From Chloroflexota bacterium (lineage in GTDB: Bacteria > Chloroflexota > Limnocylindria > P2-11E), in assembly GCA_016875795.1 (NCBI GenBank), contig VGOU01000002.1:1-39894 (forward strand): DNA of 39,894 nt, given 5' to 3'. Positions 17,257-25,793 of the stretch are shown piece by piece (within the stretch, counting starts at the first letter, position 1; the number at the start of each line of letters is the position of its first letter). The notes under the pieces were generated by a model. It was not told where the DNA came from. It saw only the letters and a list, made by a program, of their open reading frames with translations, and did not search any database. A program made the translations under genes and the position numbers.

Positions 17257-18189
17257 ATGTGGCTGATCAGGGCCTTCGAGGAGAAGGTGTCCGAGATGTA
17301 CGCGCGCGGGGCCGTGCGGGGGCTCATCCACCTCGGCATCGGCCAGGAGGCGGTCGCCGTCGGCGCCTGCTTCGCGCTCGAGCCTGACGACCTCGTCGTG
17401 GGTGGCCATCGCTCGCACGGGCATGCCCTCGCGAGGGGCGCCGACCCCGAGCGGCTCCTGGCGGAGATCGCCGGCCGCGCGAGCGGCTACTGCGGAGGGA
17501 AAGGCGGCTCGATGCACATCGCCGCGACAGATGTCGGCTTCATCACGGCGACCGGGGTCGTCGGCGGGAACGTCGCCCTGGCGCTCGGCGCGAGCCTCAC
17601 CGCGATGTCGCGCGGAGGCGGCCAGGTCGCGGCGGTGTTCTTCGGGGACGGCGCGGCCCAGACGGGTGTGTTCCACGAGTGCCTGAACCTCGCGAGCCTC
17701 TGGCGTCTCCCGCTCGTCTTCGTCTGCGAGAACAACGGCTACGCCGAGTTCACGCCGCTGTCGGCCCACACCGTGGTCGCGGAGCTCTCGGCGCACGCGC
17801 GGACGTACGCCATGCCGACCAGGGCCGTGGACGGGAACGACGTCCTGGCAGTGCGCGATGGGGTGCGCGCGGCGGCCGCACTCGCGCGTGAGGGAGCGGG
17901 TCCCTCGTTCGTCGAATGCATCACGTACCGGCTACGAGGTCACTACGAAGGCGACCCCGCGAAGTACCGCGAGCTCGCGGAGCTCGCCGAGTGGAAGGAG
18001 AAGGATCCGGTAAGGCGATACGAGGCCGTGCTCGCGGAGCGGGGCGCGCTCGGGGGCGAGGATCGCGCACGCATCGAGCGCCGGGCGCGCGACCGTGTCG
18101 AGACCGCCGCCTCGGCCGCTCTGGCCGCGCCCTTCCCCGGACCAGCCGACCTGATGACCGACGTCCTCTCGAGACCCGCCGGTGCCTGA
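17257..18189 (+). CDS. TPP-dependent 2-oxoacid/acetoin dehydrogenase E1 alpha subunit (copy 1)
   Basis: 310 aa. MWLIRAFEEKV..., GHRSHGHALARG, and TPP motif FGDGAAQTGVFHECLNLASLWRLPLVFVCENNGY. No alternative start lies between the in-frame TGA at 17197 and ATG 17257. Confidence 0.85.
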   Translation: MWLIRAFEEKVSEMYARGAVRGLIHLGIGQEAVAVGACFALEPDDLVVGGHRSHGHALARGADPERLLAEIAGRASGYCGGKGGSMHIAATDVGFITATGVVGGNVALALGASLTAMSRGGGQVAAVFFGDGAAQTGVFHECLNLASLWRLPLVFVCENNGYAEFTPLSAHTVVAELSAHARTYAMPTRAVDGNDVLAVRDGVRAAAALAREGAGPSFVECITYRLRGHYEGDPAKYRELAELAEWKEKDPVRRYEAVLAERGALGGEDRARIERRARDRVETAASAALAAPFPGPADLMTDVLSRPAGA

Positions 18190-19177
18190 GCTGCGATCGA
18201 TCGACGCGATCCGCGACGCGCTCCGGTCCGAGCTGGCGCGCGACCCGCGCGTCGTCCTCCTGGGCGAGGACATCACCGTGGGAGGTCCCTTCGGCGCGAC
18301 GAAGGGGCTCGTCGACGAGTTCGGGGAAGCCAGGGTCCGGAACACGCCGATCAGCGAGGCCGCGGTGATGGGGCTGGCGGTCGGCGCCGCCGCGACGGGC
18401 ATGCGCCCTGTCGTCGAAGTGATGTTCATGGACTTCATCACCCTGGCGATGGACCAGCTCGTGAACCACGCCGCGAAGCTCCGCTACATGACCGGTGGGC
18501 AGCTTCGCGTTCCGCTCACGATCCGTGTCCAGGGCGGGGCGGCCGCGAGCTTCGGCGCGCACCACTCGCAGAGCCTCGAGGCCTGGCTCACGCACGTCCC
18601 GGGCCTCAAGGTCGTCGCCCCGGCTACCCCGGCAGACGCCCGAGGTCTTCTCATCGCCGCAATCCGGGACGACGACCCCGTGATCTTCATCGAGCACCGG
18701 GCGCTGTACTGGACCCGAGGACCCGTCCCGGACGGTCACGATCCCGTGCCGATCGGGCGCGCGAAGATCGTGCGGCGGGGGGCCGACGTGACCGTGATCT
18801 CGTACTCGAGGATGGTCGGGATCGCGCTCGAGGCCGCCACGCGCCTCGCGGACGAGGGACTGGACGTCGAGGTGATCGACCTCCGGTCGCTGGCGCCGCT
18901 CGACATCGACACGCTCATCGACTCGGCCCGACGGACACGACGCGTCGTGGTCGCTCACGAGGCGGTCCAGCACGGCGGCGTCGGCGCGGAGATCGCGGCG
19001 CGCATCCAGGCGGAGGCCTTCGGGGAGCTCGACGCGCCGGTGCTTCGCGTCGGTGCGCCCTTCGTCCCCGTCCCGTTCTCCCCCGAGCTCGAGCGTCGTT
19101 TCGTTCCGGACGCCGACGACATCGCCGGCGCGGTCAGGTCGACCGTGCGACGGCCGTCCGCGGTGCCCGCGGGCTGA
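18182..19177 (+). CDS. E1 beta subunit (transketolase-like pyrimidine-binding plus C-terminal domain, copy 1)
   Basis: 331 aa. The GTG start overlaps the alpha stop by 8 nt. LLGEDITVGGPFGATKGLVDEFG..RVRNTPISEAAVMGLAVGAA..GMRPVVEVMFMDF. Confidence 0.85.
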   Translation: MPELRSIDAIRDALRSELARDPRVVLLGEDITVGGPFGATKGLVDEFGEARVRNTPISEAAVMGLAVGAAATGMRPVVEVMFMDFITLAMDQLVNHAAKLRYMTGGQLRVPLTIRVQGGAAASFGAHHSQSLEAWLTHVPGLKVVAPATPADARGLLIAAIRDDDPVIFIEHRALYWTRGPVPDGHDPVPIGRAKIVRRGADVTVISYSRMVGIALEAATRLADEGLDVEVIDLRSLAPLDIDTLIDSARRTRRVVVAHEAVQHGGVGAEIAARIQAEAFGELDAPVLRVGAPFVPVPFSPELERRFVPDADDIAGAVRSTVRRPSAVPAG

Positions 19178-19190
19178 CGCGCAGGATCTC

Positions 19191-20216
19191 GTGCTCCCGG
19201 ATCTTCCGCGCGAAGACCTGCTCGGACAGCTGCGGACCATGCTCGTCATCCGGCGCTTCGAGGAGGCGCTCATCCTCCTCCAGCGGAGCTACGACGTCGG
19301 TCACTTCCATGTGTACATCGGGCAGGAGACCACCGGCGTCCCGGCGCTGGCGCTCCTCGAGCCGGGGGACGTCGCGTTCTCGACACATCGCAACCACGGC
19401 CATCTCCTGGCACGAGGAGCCGATCCCGGCCGGATGATGGCGGAGATCCTCGGGAGGGAGACCGGATACAACCAGGGGAAGGGCGGGACGCTCCACATCG
19501 CCAGCGCCGAGCACGGATTCCCGGCGACCTCGGCGAGCACCGGCGGGAACCTCCCGCTCGCGACCGGCGCGGCCTTCGCCTTCCGAGAGCTCGGCAGTGG
19601 ACGCGTGAGCGTCGCGCTGTTCGGGGACGGCGCCGTCGAGGAAGGAGCGTGGCATGAGTCCGCGAACATCGCCGCCTTGCGGCGGCTGCCGGTCATCTTC
19701 CTCTGCGAGAACAACAGCCTCGAAGCCCTCGGCCAGAAGGCGAACGAGTACCCCTCGTCCACGCTGGCGACCCCCGATCTCACCGACGCCGCCAAGGTGT
19801 TCGGCATCCCAGCGGTAGCGGTGGACGGGACCGACCCCGGCGCGGTGCACGTGGCGATGACCGAGGCGATCCGGCGCGCCCGCGCCGGCGAGGGGCCCAC
19901 GTTCATCGAGTCTCGGACGGTGCGCTGGCCCGGCAGCCGACCGCTGTGGCCGCAGCTGGCCACCGGGGAGACCGAACTCGCGATGGCCTGGGACCGGGCG
20001 CGGATCCCCGACGCGCATCGAGCGTGGTACGAGGTGAATGACGGGGTCCTCCGGTACGTGCGCGATCTCCTCGCCGCGGGACACGCGTCCGCCGAGGGCG
20101 TCAGCGCGCTCGATCGGGAGGTGCGAGAACGGACGGACACCGCGGTCCGCTTCGGCCTCGACAGCCCGTTCCCGTCCCCCGAGACCGCGATGCGCGACGT
20201 CTTCGCGCACGAGTGA
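19191..20216 (+). CDS. TPP-dependent E1 alpha subunit (copy 2, diverged paralog)
   Basis: The in-frame GTG at 19191, 13 nt after the beta-1 stop, gives MLPDLPREDLLGQLRTMLVIRRFEEA.... Also THRNHGHLLARG and FGDGAVEEGAWHESANIAALRRLPVIFLCENNS. ATG at 19239 is an alternative start. Confidence 0.8.
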   Translation: MLPDLPREDLLGQLRTMLVIRRFEEALILLQRSYDVGHFHVYIGQETTGVPALALLEPGDVAFSTHRNHGHLLARGADPGRMMAEILGRETGYNQGKGGTLHIASAEHGFPATSASTGGNLPLATGAAFAFRELGSGRVSVALFGDGAVEEGAWHESANIAALRRLPVIFLCENNSLEALGQKANEYPSSTLATPDLTDAAKVFGIPAVAVDGTDPGAVHVAMTEAIRRARAGEGPTFIESRTVRWPGSRPLWPQLATGETELAMAWDRARIPDAHRAWYEVNDGVLRYVRDLLAAGHASAEGVSALDREVRERTDTAVRFGLDSPFPSPETAMRDVFAHE

Positions 20217-21193
20217 TCAACGTGCGGGAGGTCGCCTACGCCGAGGCTCTGGTCGACGGACTTCGCGAGATCCTCGCGAAGGACGAGCGGGCGTTCATCA
20301 TGGGCGGCTACTTCCTCGGCCTCACGCCGCGGCGAACGCTCATGGCCAAGCTGCGGGACGACTTCCCGGCGCGCGTCTGGTATCCGCCGATCGCCGAGAC
20401 GGGTTACGTCGGCACGGCGATCGGCGCGGCGATGGCCGGCCTGCGGCCGATCGTCGACATCGCCACGGCCTCGTTCATCTTCCACGCGTTCCCGCAGGTC
20501 GTGAACGAGGCCGCGAACATCCGCTACATGACGGGCGGCCAGACGAAAGTGCCGGTGATCTTCCACTTCAACCAGGGCATCCGCGGTGGCGGCGCGGCGC
20601 AGCACTCCCACAGCCCGCAAGCGATGCTCTGGAACACCCCTGGGCTCCTCATCATGGCGCCGTCGTCGCCGCGAGACGTCCAAGGGCTGCTCCGTACGGC
20701 GGCCACATGCGACGACCCTGTGGTCTTCGTGGATCACGTGAAGCTCTTCGAGGTCACGGGGCCCGTCTCCGAGGACGGGACGGCGATCCCGTTCGGACAG
20801 GCGGACGTGAAACGGAAAGGCACCGACCTCACGATCATCGCTACCTCGTACAGCGTCCAGGTCGCCCTCGCGGCCGCGGAGTCCCTGGCGGCGCGAGGCG
20901 TGAGCGCCGAGGTCGTCGACCCGCGCACGCTCGTTCCTTTCGACGGCGACACCGTCCTGGCGTCGGTCGCGAAGACCGGGCGCGCCGTCGTGGTCGACGA
21001 GTGCCACCGCCGCTGCGGCGTCGGCGCCGAGATCGCGGCCGTCCTCGCCGAGGAGGGATTCGGCTACTTGCGTGCGCCGGTGAGGCGCGTCGCCGCGCTC
21101 GACGTGCCGATCCCGTTCAGCCGTCCCCTCGAGGAGTACGTCGAGCCGACGGCCGAGAAGGTCGTGGCCGCGGCCCTCGAGATCGCGAAGTGA
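20213..21193 (+). CDS. E1 beta subunit (copy 2, diverged paralog)
   Basis: 326 aa. The GTG start overlaps the alpha-2 stop (GTGA). ...PIAETGYVGTAIGAAMAGLRPIVDIATASF..., HSHSPQAML. Confidence 0.85.
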   Translation: MINVREVAYAEALVDGLREILAKDERAFIMGGYFLGLTPRRTLMAKLRDDFPARVWYPPIAETGYVGTAIGAAMAGLRPIVDIATASFIFHAFPQVVNEAANIRYMTGGQTKVPVIFHFNQGIRGGGAAQHSHSPQAMLWNTPGLLIMAPSSPRDVQGLLRTAATCDDPVVFVDHVKLFEVTGPVSEDGTAIPFGQADVKRKGTDLTIIATSYSVQVALAAAESLAARGVSAEVVDPRTLVPFDGDTVLASVAKTGRAVVVDECHRRCGVGAEIAAVLAEEGFGYLRAPVRRVAALDVPIPFSRPLEEYVEPTAEKVVAAALEIAK

Positions 21194-21429
21194 CCGACGT
21201 CCATCTGCCGCGTCTCGGCGCGACCATGGAGGACGCGCAGATCGCGCGGTGGCTGAAGGCGGTGGGCGACCGCGTCACCGAAGGGGAGGCGCTCGTGGAG
21301 ATCGACACGGACAAGGTGAGCGCGACGGTGGACTCGCCCGCGACGGGTCGTCTTACGGAGATCCGGGCTCACGACGGCGACACGGTCGCGGTCGGCGCCG
21401 TCCTCGCGGTCGTGGATGACTCGCCATGA
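21190..21429 (+). CDS. Free-standing lipoyl-attachment domain protein (79 aa, no E2 catalytic domain)
   Basis: The GTG at 21190 overlaps the beta-2 stop (GTGA). VTDVHLPRLGATMEDAQIARWLKAVGDRVTEGEALVEIDTDKVSATVDSPATGRLTEI... carries the lipoyl-lysine context DTDKV. The stop overlaps the next ATG (ATGA). Confidence 0.75.
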   Translation: MTDVHLPRLGATMEDAQIARWLKAVGDRVTEGEALVEIDTDKVSATVDSPATGRLTEIRAHDGDTVAVGAVLAVVDDSP

Positions 21430-22691
21430 GCGTCCTGTCGGCCCCGCTGCTCACGCCGCCCGACCCGCAGGCCGTGCGCGGCCCGGCCGAGCGCGACCTG
21501 CACTGGTCCCGCGTCCGACGGTCGATGGACGAGCACGGCCTTGACGCCCTGCTGGTCTTCGGACACGAGCGGTTCGGCGCCGATCACTACCTGACGAACG
21601 ACCAGCCGGGTATGCACGTCGTCTTTCCCCGCGACGGCGAGCTGGTCGCGACGTCAGCCTTCGGCCACCTTCGCCAAACGGCCCACTTCGTGAGCGCCGC
21701 GCGTGGCGAGCTCTCGTGGGTCGCCGACGTCCGCGCCGGAGGATCCGGTCGGGTCCTGAGCGGCGTCCTGATCGAGAAGGGCCTCGCGCGCGCGAAGATC
21801 GGGGTCGTCGGCCTCGGCGGCCGGGGCGAAGGGTGGGTCCCTCACCGCACCTGGTCAGCGATCGCCGAAGCGCTTCCCGACGCGACGTTCATCGACATGC
21901 AGCACGAGATGACGCTGCTCCTGCTCGAGCGGAGTGACGCGGATCTCGCGTGCCTGCGCTATGCAGCGGCGGTCGGCGAGCGCGTCTGCGAGGCCATGCT
22001 CGACGCGATACGGCCTGGGGCTTCCGAGGCGGACGCCTACGCCGCAGCCATGGCCACGTACTCGCGGCACGGCGTGCGCACCGTCCCGCCGAGCACGCTC
22101 ATGATGCAGAGCGGGAGCGACAACTTCGGTTGGGGACCTCCGGCGTGGCTGGCGAGGCCGCAGCCCGCGCGGCGGCTCGAGGCGGGAGACGTGATCCTCA
22201 CCGAGCTCTTCGGCTATTACGGGATGATCGAGACGCAGCTTCAGCTCGCGGTCGCGGTCGGTCGCATCGACGCCGAGCAGGAGGCCTGCGCGACCGCGGC
22301 GCGCCGCGCCTATGAAGCGGGTCTGCGCGCGATGCGACCGGGCGTGACCTTCCAGGAGGTCTGCGACGGGATGGAGCGACCGATCGTGGAAGCCGGCGGC
22401 TGGCACCTCACGCCGCTCATCCAGACCATGAACCCGTTCGCCATCAACGGTCCCGATCGGCCGCCGCGGCCCGACCAGGCGCCATGGCTCGCGGCTCGCT
22501 ACCGCATCCAGCACGGAGGCGACCGGACCGACCGCACGTGGGAGCTGAGGCCCGGCATGACGTTCGCGTTCGAGCCGAACGCCCACCTCGGCCGTCGGCG
22601 GGTCAACGTCGGTGGGACCGTCGTGGTCACGGCGGGCGGGGCGGAGGAGATGAACGAGATCCCCACCATGATCCGGCGCGTCCCGGCCTGA
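21426..22691 (+). CDS. M24 family creatinase/Xaa-Pro peptidase-like protein (copy 1)
   Basis: 421 aa. It has a creatinase_N-like start (HGLDALLVFGHERFGADHYLTN) and a pita-bread region (GDVILTELFGYYGMIETQLQLAV, MTFAFEPN, GGTVVVT). Confidence 0.75.
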   Translation: MSVLSAPLLTPPDPQAVRGPAERDLHWSRVRRSMDEHGLDALLVFGHERFGADHYLTNDQPGMHVVFPRDGELVATSAFGHLRQTAHFVSAARGELSWVADVRAGGSGRVLSGVLIEKGLARAKIGVVGLGGRGEGWVPHRTWSAIAEALPDATFIDMQHEMTLLLLERSDADLACLRYAAAVGERVCEAMLDAIRPGASEADAYAAAMATYSRHGVRTVPPSTLMMQSGSDNFGWGPPAWLARPQPARRLEAGDVILTELFGYYGMIETQLQLAVAVGRIDAEQEACATAARRAYEAGLRAMRPGVTFQEVCDGMERPIVEAGGWHLTPLIQTMNPFAINGPDRPPRPDQAPWLAARYRIQHGGDRTDRTWELRPGMTFAFEPNAHLGRRRVNVGGTVVVTAGGAEEMNEIPTMIRRVPA

Positions 22692-23963
22692 TCGGGGGCC
22701 CGTCGCGGCCTCCGCGATCGGCGCACGAAGGACGGCAACGCGCACCGCTGCGTACGCGGCCAGCAGGACGAGGAGGCCTCCGCCCAGGAAGAGGGCGGCC
22801 TCGAGGCCGATCGCGCTGCCGGCGCCGCCGATGACGGTCGTCCCGAGCGGGATGAAGCCGACATAGACCATCCCTCGCACGCTCATGACGCTGCCACGGA
22901 GGCCGTCCGGCGTGCGGCCCTGCAGCACGGTGCTCGCCATCACCATGGAGAGCGCGGTCGCGAAGCCGAGGGCAAGGCTGAGAGCGATCGCAGGTGGGAG
23001 TGCGCGCCGCAGCGCGAAGACGCACACGGCAGCGCCGCTGATGACCGCGCTCGCGACGGCGACGGTCGCCCTGGCGCGCACGGCACCGAGGCTCGCCGCG
23101 ACGAGCGAGGCACTGAAGGCGCCGAGCGCGGACGACGCGAGCAGCCACGAGAGCTCGGCGGGGCCGACCGCGAGCATCCCTCCGGCCGCCGCCGGCATGA
23201 GCTGCAGGTACGGACGCGCGAGGAGCGCCGATGAGACCGAGAGGACGAGCAGCCAGAGGACGACGGGATCGCCGCGGATGCATCTCATCCCGTCACGGAT
23301 CGACCGAAGGAGCGCGACGCCGGCTCGCGGCGTCGGGAACGGGGGGAGCGCGCTGAGGGCCGCGGCGTTGACCAGATAGCTGAGGGCGTTCAGGACGAAG
23401 AGACCCCCGAGTCCGATGAACGGGTAGAGGACCGCCCCCGCGAGAGGCCCGACGATCGCCGGACCGTCCCAGGCGACGGAGTGCATGCCCACGGCGCTCG
23501 CGAGGTCGCGTGGCGGGACGAGCCGCGGGACGATCGATCGGCGCGTCGGGCTCGCGAACGCGAAGGTCGTCGCGTCGACCGCGGTGAGCACGAGGATCGG
23601 ACCGAGCGTCGCGAGCCCGAGCAGCGTCAGCCCGCCGAGCGCCGCGGCCGTCACCGCGGCGATGAACTGGGCCGCGATCATGAGCCTGCGGCGGTCGATC
23701 CGATCCGCCACGGCGCCGCCGACGAGGCCGAGCGCGATCCCCGGGACGGCCCGGACGAGCCCGATGAGACCCAGATACGCCGGGGCGAGCTCGGGATGAC
23801 CCTCGCGTACGGCGAGCTGCACCACGAGGTAGCCGACGCCGAACGTCTGCATGCAGGTCCCGACGTTCGAAGCCACGAGTCCGCTCCAGAAGATCCGGTA
23901 ATCGCGATGCGCGAGCGCGCCGAAGGTACCGACCGTCTCGCGCGCGGGCGGCGCGGATGTCAT
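21855..23963 (-). CDS. MFS transporter whose ORF lacks a stop for about 840 nt beyond the membrane core
   Basis: ATG at 23963. The hydrophobic multi-TM core (…FWSGLVASNVGTCMQTFGVGYLV… to …LLVLLAAYAAVRVAV) occupies about 22700-23963. The same frame then stays open, codon-aligned antisense to the M24 gene, until 21855. Only the core is confidently real. Confidence 0.65.
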   Translation of the reverse strand: MTSAPPARETVGTFGALAHRDYRIFWSGLVASNVGTCMQTFGVGYLVVQLAVREGHPELAPAYLGLIGLVRAVPGIALGLVGGAVADRIDRRRLMIAAQFIAAVTAAALGGLTLLGLATLGPILVLTAVDATTFAFASPTRRSIVPRLVPPRDLASAVGMHSVAWDGPAIVGPLAGAVLYPFIGLGGLFVLNALSYLVNAAALSALPPFPTPRAGVALLRSIRDGMRCIRGDPVVLWLLVLSVSSALLARPYLQLMPAAAGGMLAVGPAELSWLLASSALGAFSASLVAASLGAVRARATVAVASAVISGAAVCVFALRRALPPAIALSLALGFATALSMVMASTVLQGRTPDGLRGSVMSVRGMVYVGFIPLGTTVIGGAGSAIGLEAALFLGGGLLVLLAAYAAVRVAVLRAPIAEAATGPRSGRDAPDHGGDLVHLLRPARRDHDGPTDVDPPTAEVGVRLERERHAGPQLPRAVGPVASVLDAVASREPWRLVGPRRPIGTVDGERVHGLDERREVPAAGFHDRSLHPVADLLEGHARSHRAQTRFIGAARRGRAGLLLGVDATDRDRELKLRLDHPVIAEELGEDHVSRLEPPRGLRPRQPRRRSPTEVVAPALHHERARRDGAHAVPRVRGHGCGVGVRLGSPRPYRVEHGLADALADRRCIAQAREIRVTPLEQEQRHLVLHVDERRVGKRFGDR

Positions 23964-23977
23964 GCGGTCATCGCGGG

Positions 23978-24700
23978 TCAGTCCCCATCCGCTCCGAGGA
24001 CCTCGACCAGCTCATCGCACGCGCGGCGCAGGTGCTCGCGGATCGCGCGAGCGCCGCGATCGGCATTGCGCGTCCGGATGCACTCGCGGAGCTCGTCGTG
24101 GTCGTGGCGCGAGGCGTCCGTGTTCTTCGGGACGTGATATCGGTGCACGTCGTCGTGCAGCCGCAGGACGATGCGGCGCATCCGCTCCCGATGCGCGTGA
24201 CGGTACAGCTCGCTGTAGAACGCCCGACGGGCCTCTCCTGCCTCGACGGGACGACGGACGAGCCGATCCACCCGCTCCGACATCTCGATGAGCTTCCTTG
24301 CTCCCGCCTCGTCGAGGTCGCGGATCGCGAGACGGGTGAGGTGCTCCTCGAGGAGGATCCGGAACTCGTAGATCTCGCGGACGTCACCCGCTGTGAGCTC
24401 GGCAACCTGCGCGCCCTTGCGCGCGTCGATGCGGACCAGACCTTCGGACTCGAGCCTTCGGAGCGCGTCCCGGAGGGGGATCCGGCTGACGCCGAGGCGC
24501 TCTGCGAGCCTCTCCTGCTGAAGCCGCTCGCCGGGACGGAGCTCGCCTCGAAGGATGCTCTGACGGAGCGACGCCGTCACCGCCTCTTCGACGCTTGGCA
24601 CCAGCGGTACGGTCAGTCCACTGAGGCCGTGGCCACCCCTCGCTGACGCGCGCGCGGAAGGACGGGAGCAAGCGACGGCGCGCGCGCTTTCACGCGTCAT
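23978..24700 (-). CDS. GntR family transcriptional regulator (FadR/FCD subfamily)
   Basis: The wHTH region is LRQSILRGELRPGERLQQERLAERLGVSRIPLRDALRRLESEGLVRI, followed by a helical FCD-like C-terminal domain. It lies 14 nt upstream of the MFS start on the same strand. The start could be internal. Confidence 0.85.
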   Translation of the reverse strand: MTRESARAVACSRPSARASARGGHGLSGLTVPLVPSVEEAVTASLRQSILRGELRPGERLQQERLAERLGVSRIPLRDALRRLESEGLVRIDARKGAQVAELTAGDVREIYEFRILLEEHLTRLAIRDLDEAGARKLIEMSERVDRLVRRPVEAGEARRAFYSELYRHAHRERMRRIVLRLHDDVHRYHVPKNTDASRHDHDELRECIRTRNADRGARAIREHLRRACDELVEVLGADGD

Positions 24701-24713
24701 GTCACGCCTCTTG

Positions 24714-24728
24714 CGTATCCTGCATACG
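24714..24728. promoter_or_regulatory. Palindromic candidate GntR operator CGTAT-CCTGC-ATACG
   Basis: It has perfect 5-bp arms. It sits in the 55-nt divergent intergenic region between gntR (start 24700) and LLM-1 (start 24756). The 13-bp core recurs as the exact reverse complement at 28206-28218. Confidence 0.45.
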
Positions 24729-24755
24729 GCCTAAGCCCAGCGTCGAGGAGCGCGT

Positions 24756-25793
24756 GTGAAGTTCGCCGTCCTCTTGCCTCAGACGAACCAGGTGGCCTCG
24801 ACCGACGCGATCCTACGCGCGGCAGCCGCGGCCGAGGAGCTTGGCTTCGACGCGGTCTCGGTGCACGACCACATCCAGTTCAACGGCTGGTGGATCGCCT
24901 CGGGCTCGCGCACGTCGGTGCCCGGGGGCGACGACCGCACCCTGTTCGAGGCGGTGACGACGCTCGCGTTCGTCGCGGCGCGGACGGCGCGCGTCCGGCT
25001 CCTCACCTCGATCCTGCTGCTCCCGGTGCGCGACCCGATCGTCCTCGCGAAGCAGATCGCGACCGTCGACGTTCTCTCCGGCGGCCGTTTCACCTGCGGC
25101 GTCGGCGTCGGCCCGCCGCTCGAGGAGGCGAAGACGGAGACGACGAGGCTCGCGCAACACCGGACGAACGCTGAGAAGGAGTACGCGGCATTCGGGCTGC
25201 GTGGGAACCGTGGGCCGCGCATGGACGAGCACCTCCAGGCGATGATCTCCGTCTGGACCCAGGAGAAGGCCACGTTCCGCGGGCGTTACGTCTCGTTCGA
25301 GGACCTGGACGTCTTCCCGAAGCCGCTGCAGCGCCCCCGACCGCCGCTCTGGGTCGGCGGCCGCTCCGAGTTCGCGATGGAGCGCTGCGCCCGCTTCGGC
25401 GACGTCTGGAACCCGAGCCAGACGAGCCCGCGCCAGTACGCCGAGAGCCTGCCGGTCCTCCGTGCGAAGTTCGCGGCGCACGGCCGTCCGGCGCCGAGCG
25501 AGTACGCGACGAACATCTTCACGGCGATCGCCGAGACCGACGAGCTGGCGGAGCGGATCGCGGCCCCGGCCGTCGGGCCGATGTTCTACTCGGACGGCGA
25601 GTTCCGCGCGCGGACGATCGTGGGCGGACCGGCGACGTGGGTGCGCATCCTGCGCGAATGGGAGAAGGTCGGCCTCACGTACTGCGAGATCAAGCCCACC
25701 TATCACACCGTCGACGATCTCGTCGCGCAGCTCCGGCTGATCGCGCGCGAGGTGATGCCCGCCTTCGCCGCGTCCGAGCGCGTCTCCGCGTGA
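24756..25793 (+). CDS. Luciferase-like monooxygenase (LLM) family oxidoreductase, copy 1
   Basis: 345 aa. GAGGAG lies 5 nt before the GTG start. MKFAVLLPQ...LGFDAVSVHDH...LLLPVRDPIVLAKQIATVDVLSGGRF.CGVGVG. Confidence 0.8.
   Translation: MKFAVLLPQTNQVASTDAILRAAAAAEELGFDAVSVHDHIQFNGWWIASGSRTSVPGGDDRTLFEAVTTLAFVAARTARVRLLTSILLLPVRDPIVLAKQIATVDVLSGGRFTCGVGVGPPLEEAKTETTRLAQHRTNAEKEYAAFGLRGNRGPRMDEHLQAMISVWTQEKATFRGRYVSFEDLDVFPKPLQRPRPPLWVGGRSEFAMERCARFGDVWNPSQTSPRQYAESLPVLRAKFAAHGRPAPSEYATNIFTAIAETDELAERIAAPAVGPMFYSDGEFRARTIVGGPATWVRILREWEKVGLTYCEIKPTYHTVDDLVAQLRLIAREVMPAFAASERVSA

Noticed and set aside
17197-17259. The hyuB stop TGA (17197-17199) is in frame with the E1 alpha-1 ORF. This raises the idea of a read-through or selenocysteine fusion.
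   Set aside because: No SECIS-like structure is evident. The 19 intervening codons encode unremarkable linker-like sequence. ATG 17257 gives an E1 alpha N-terminus only slightly shorter than usual. The shared frame is most likely coincidence.
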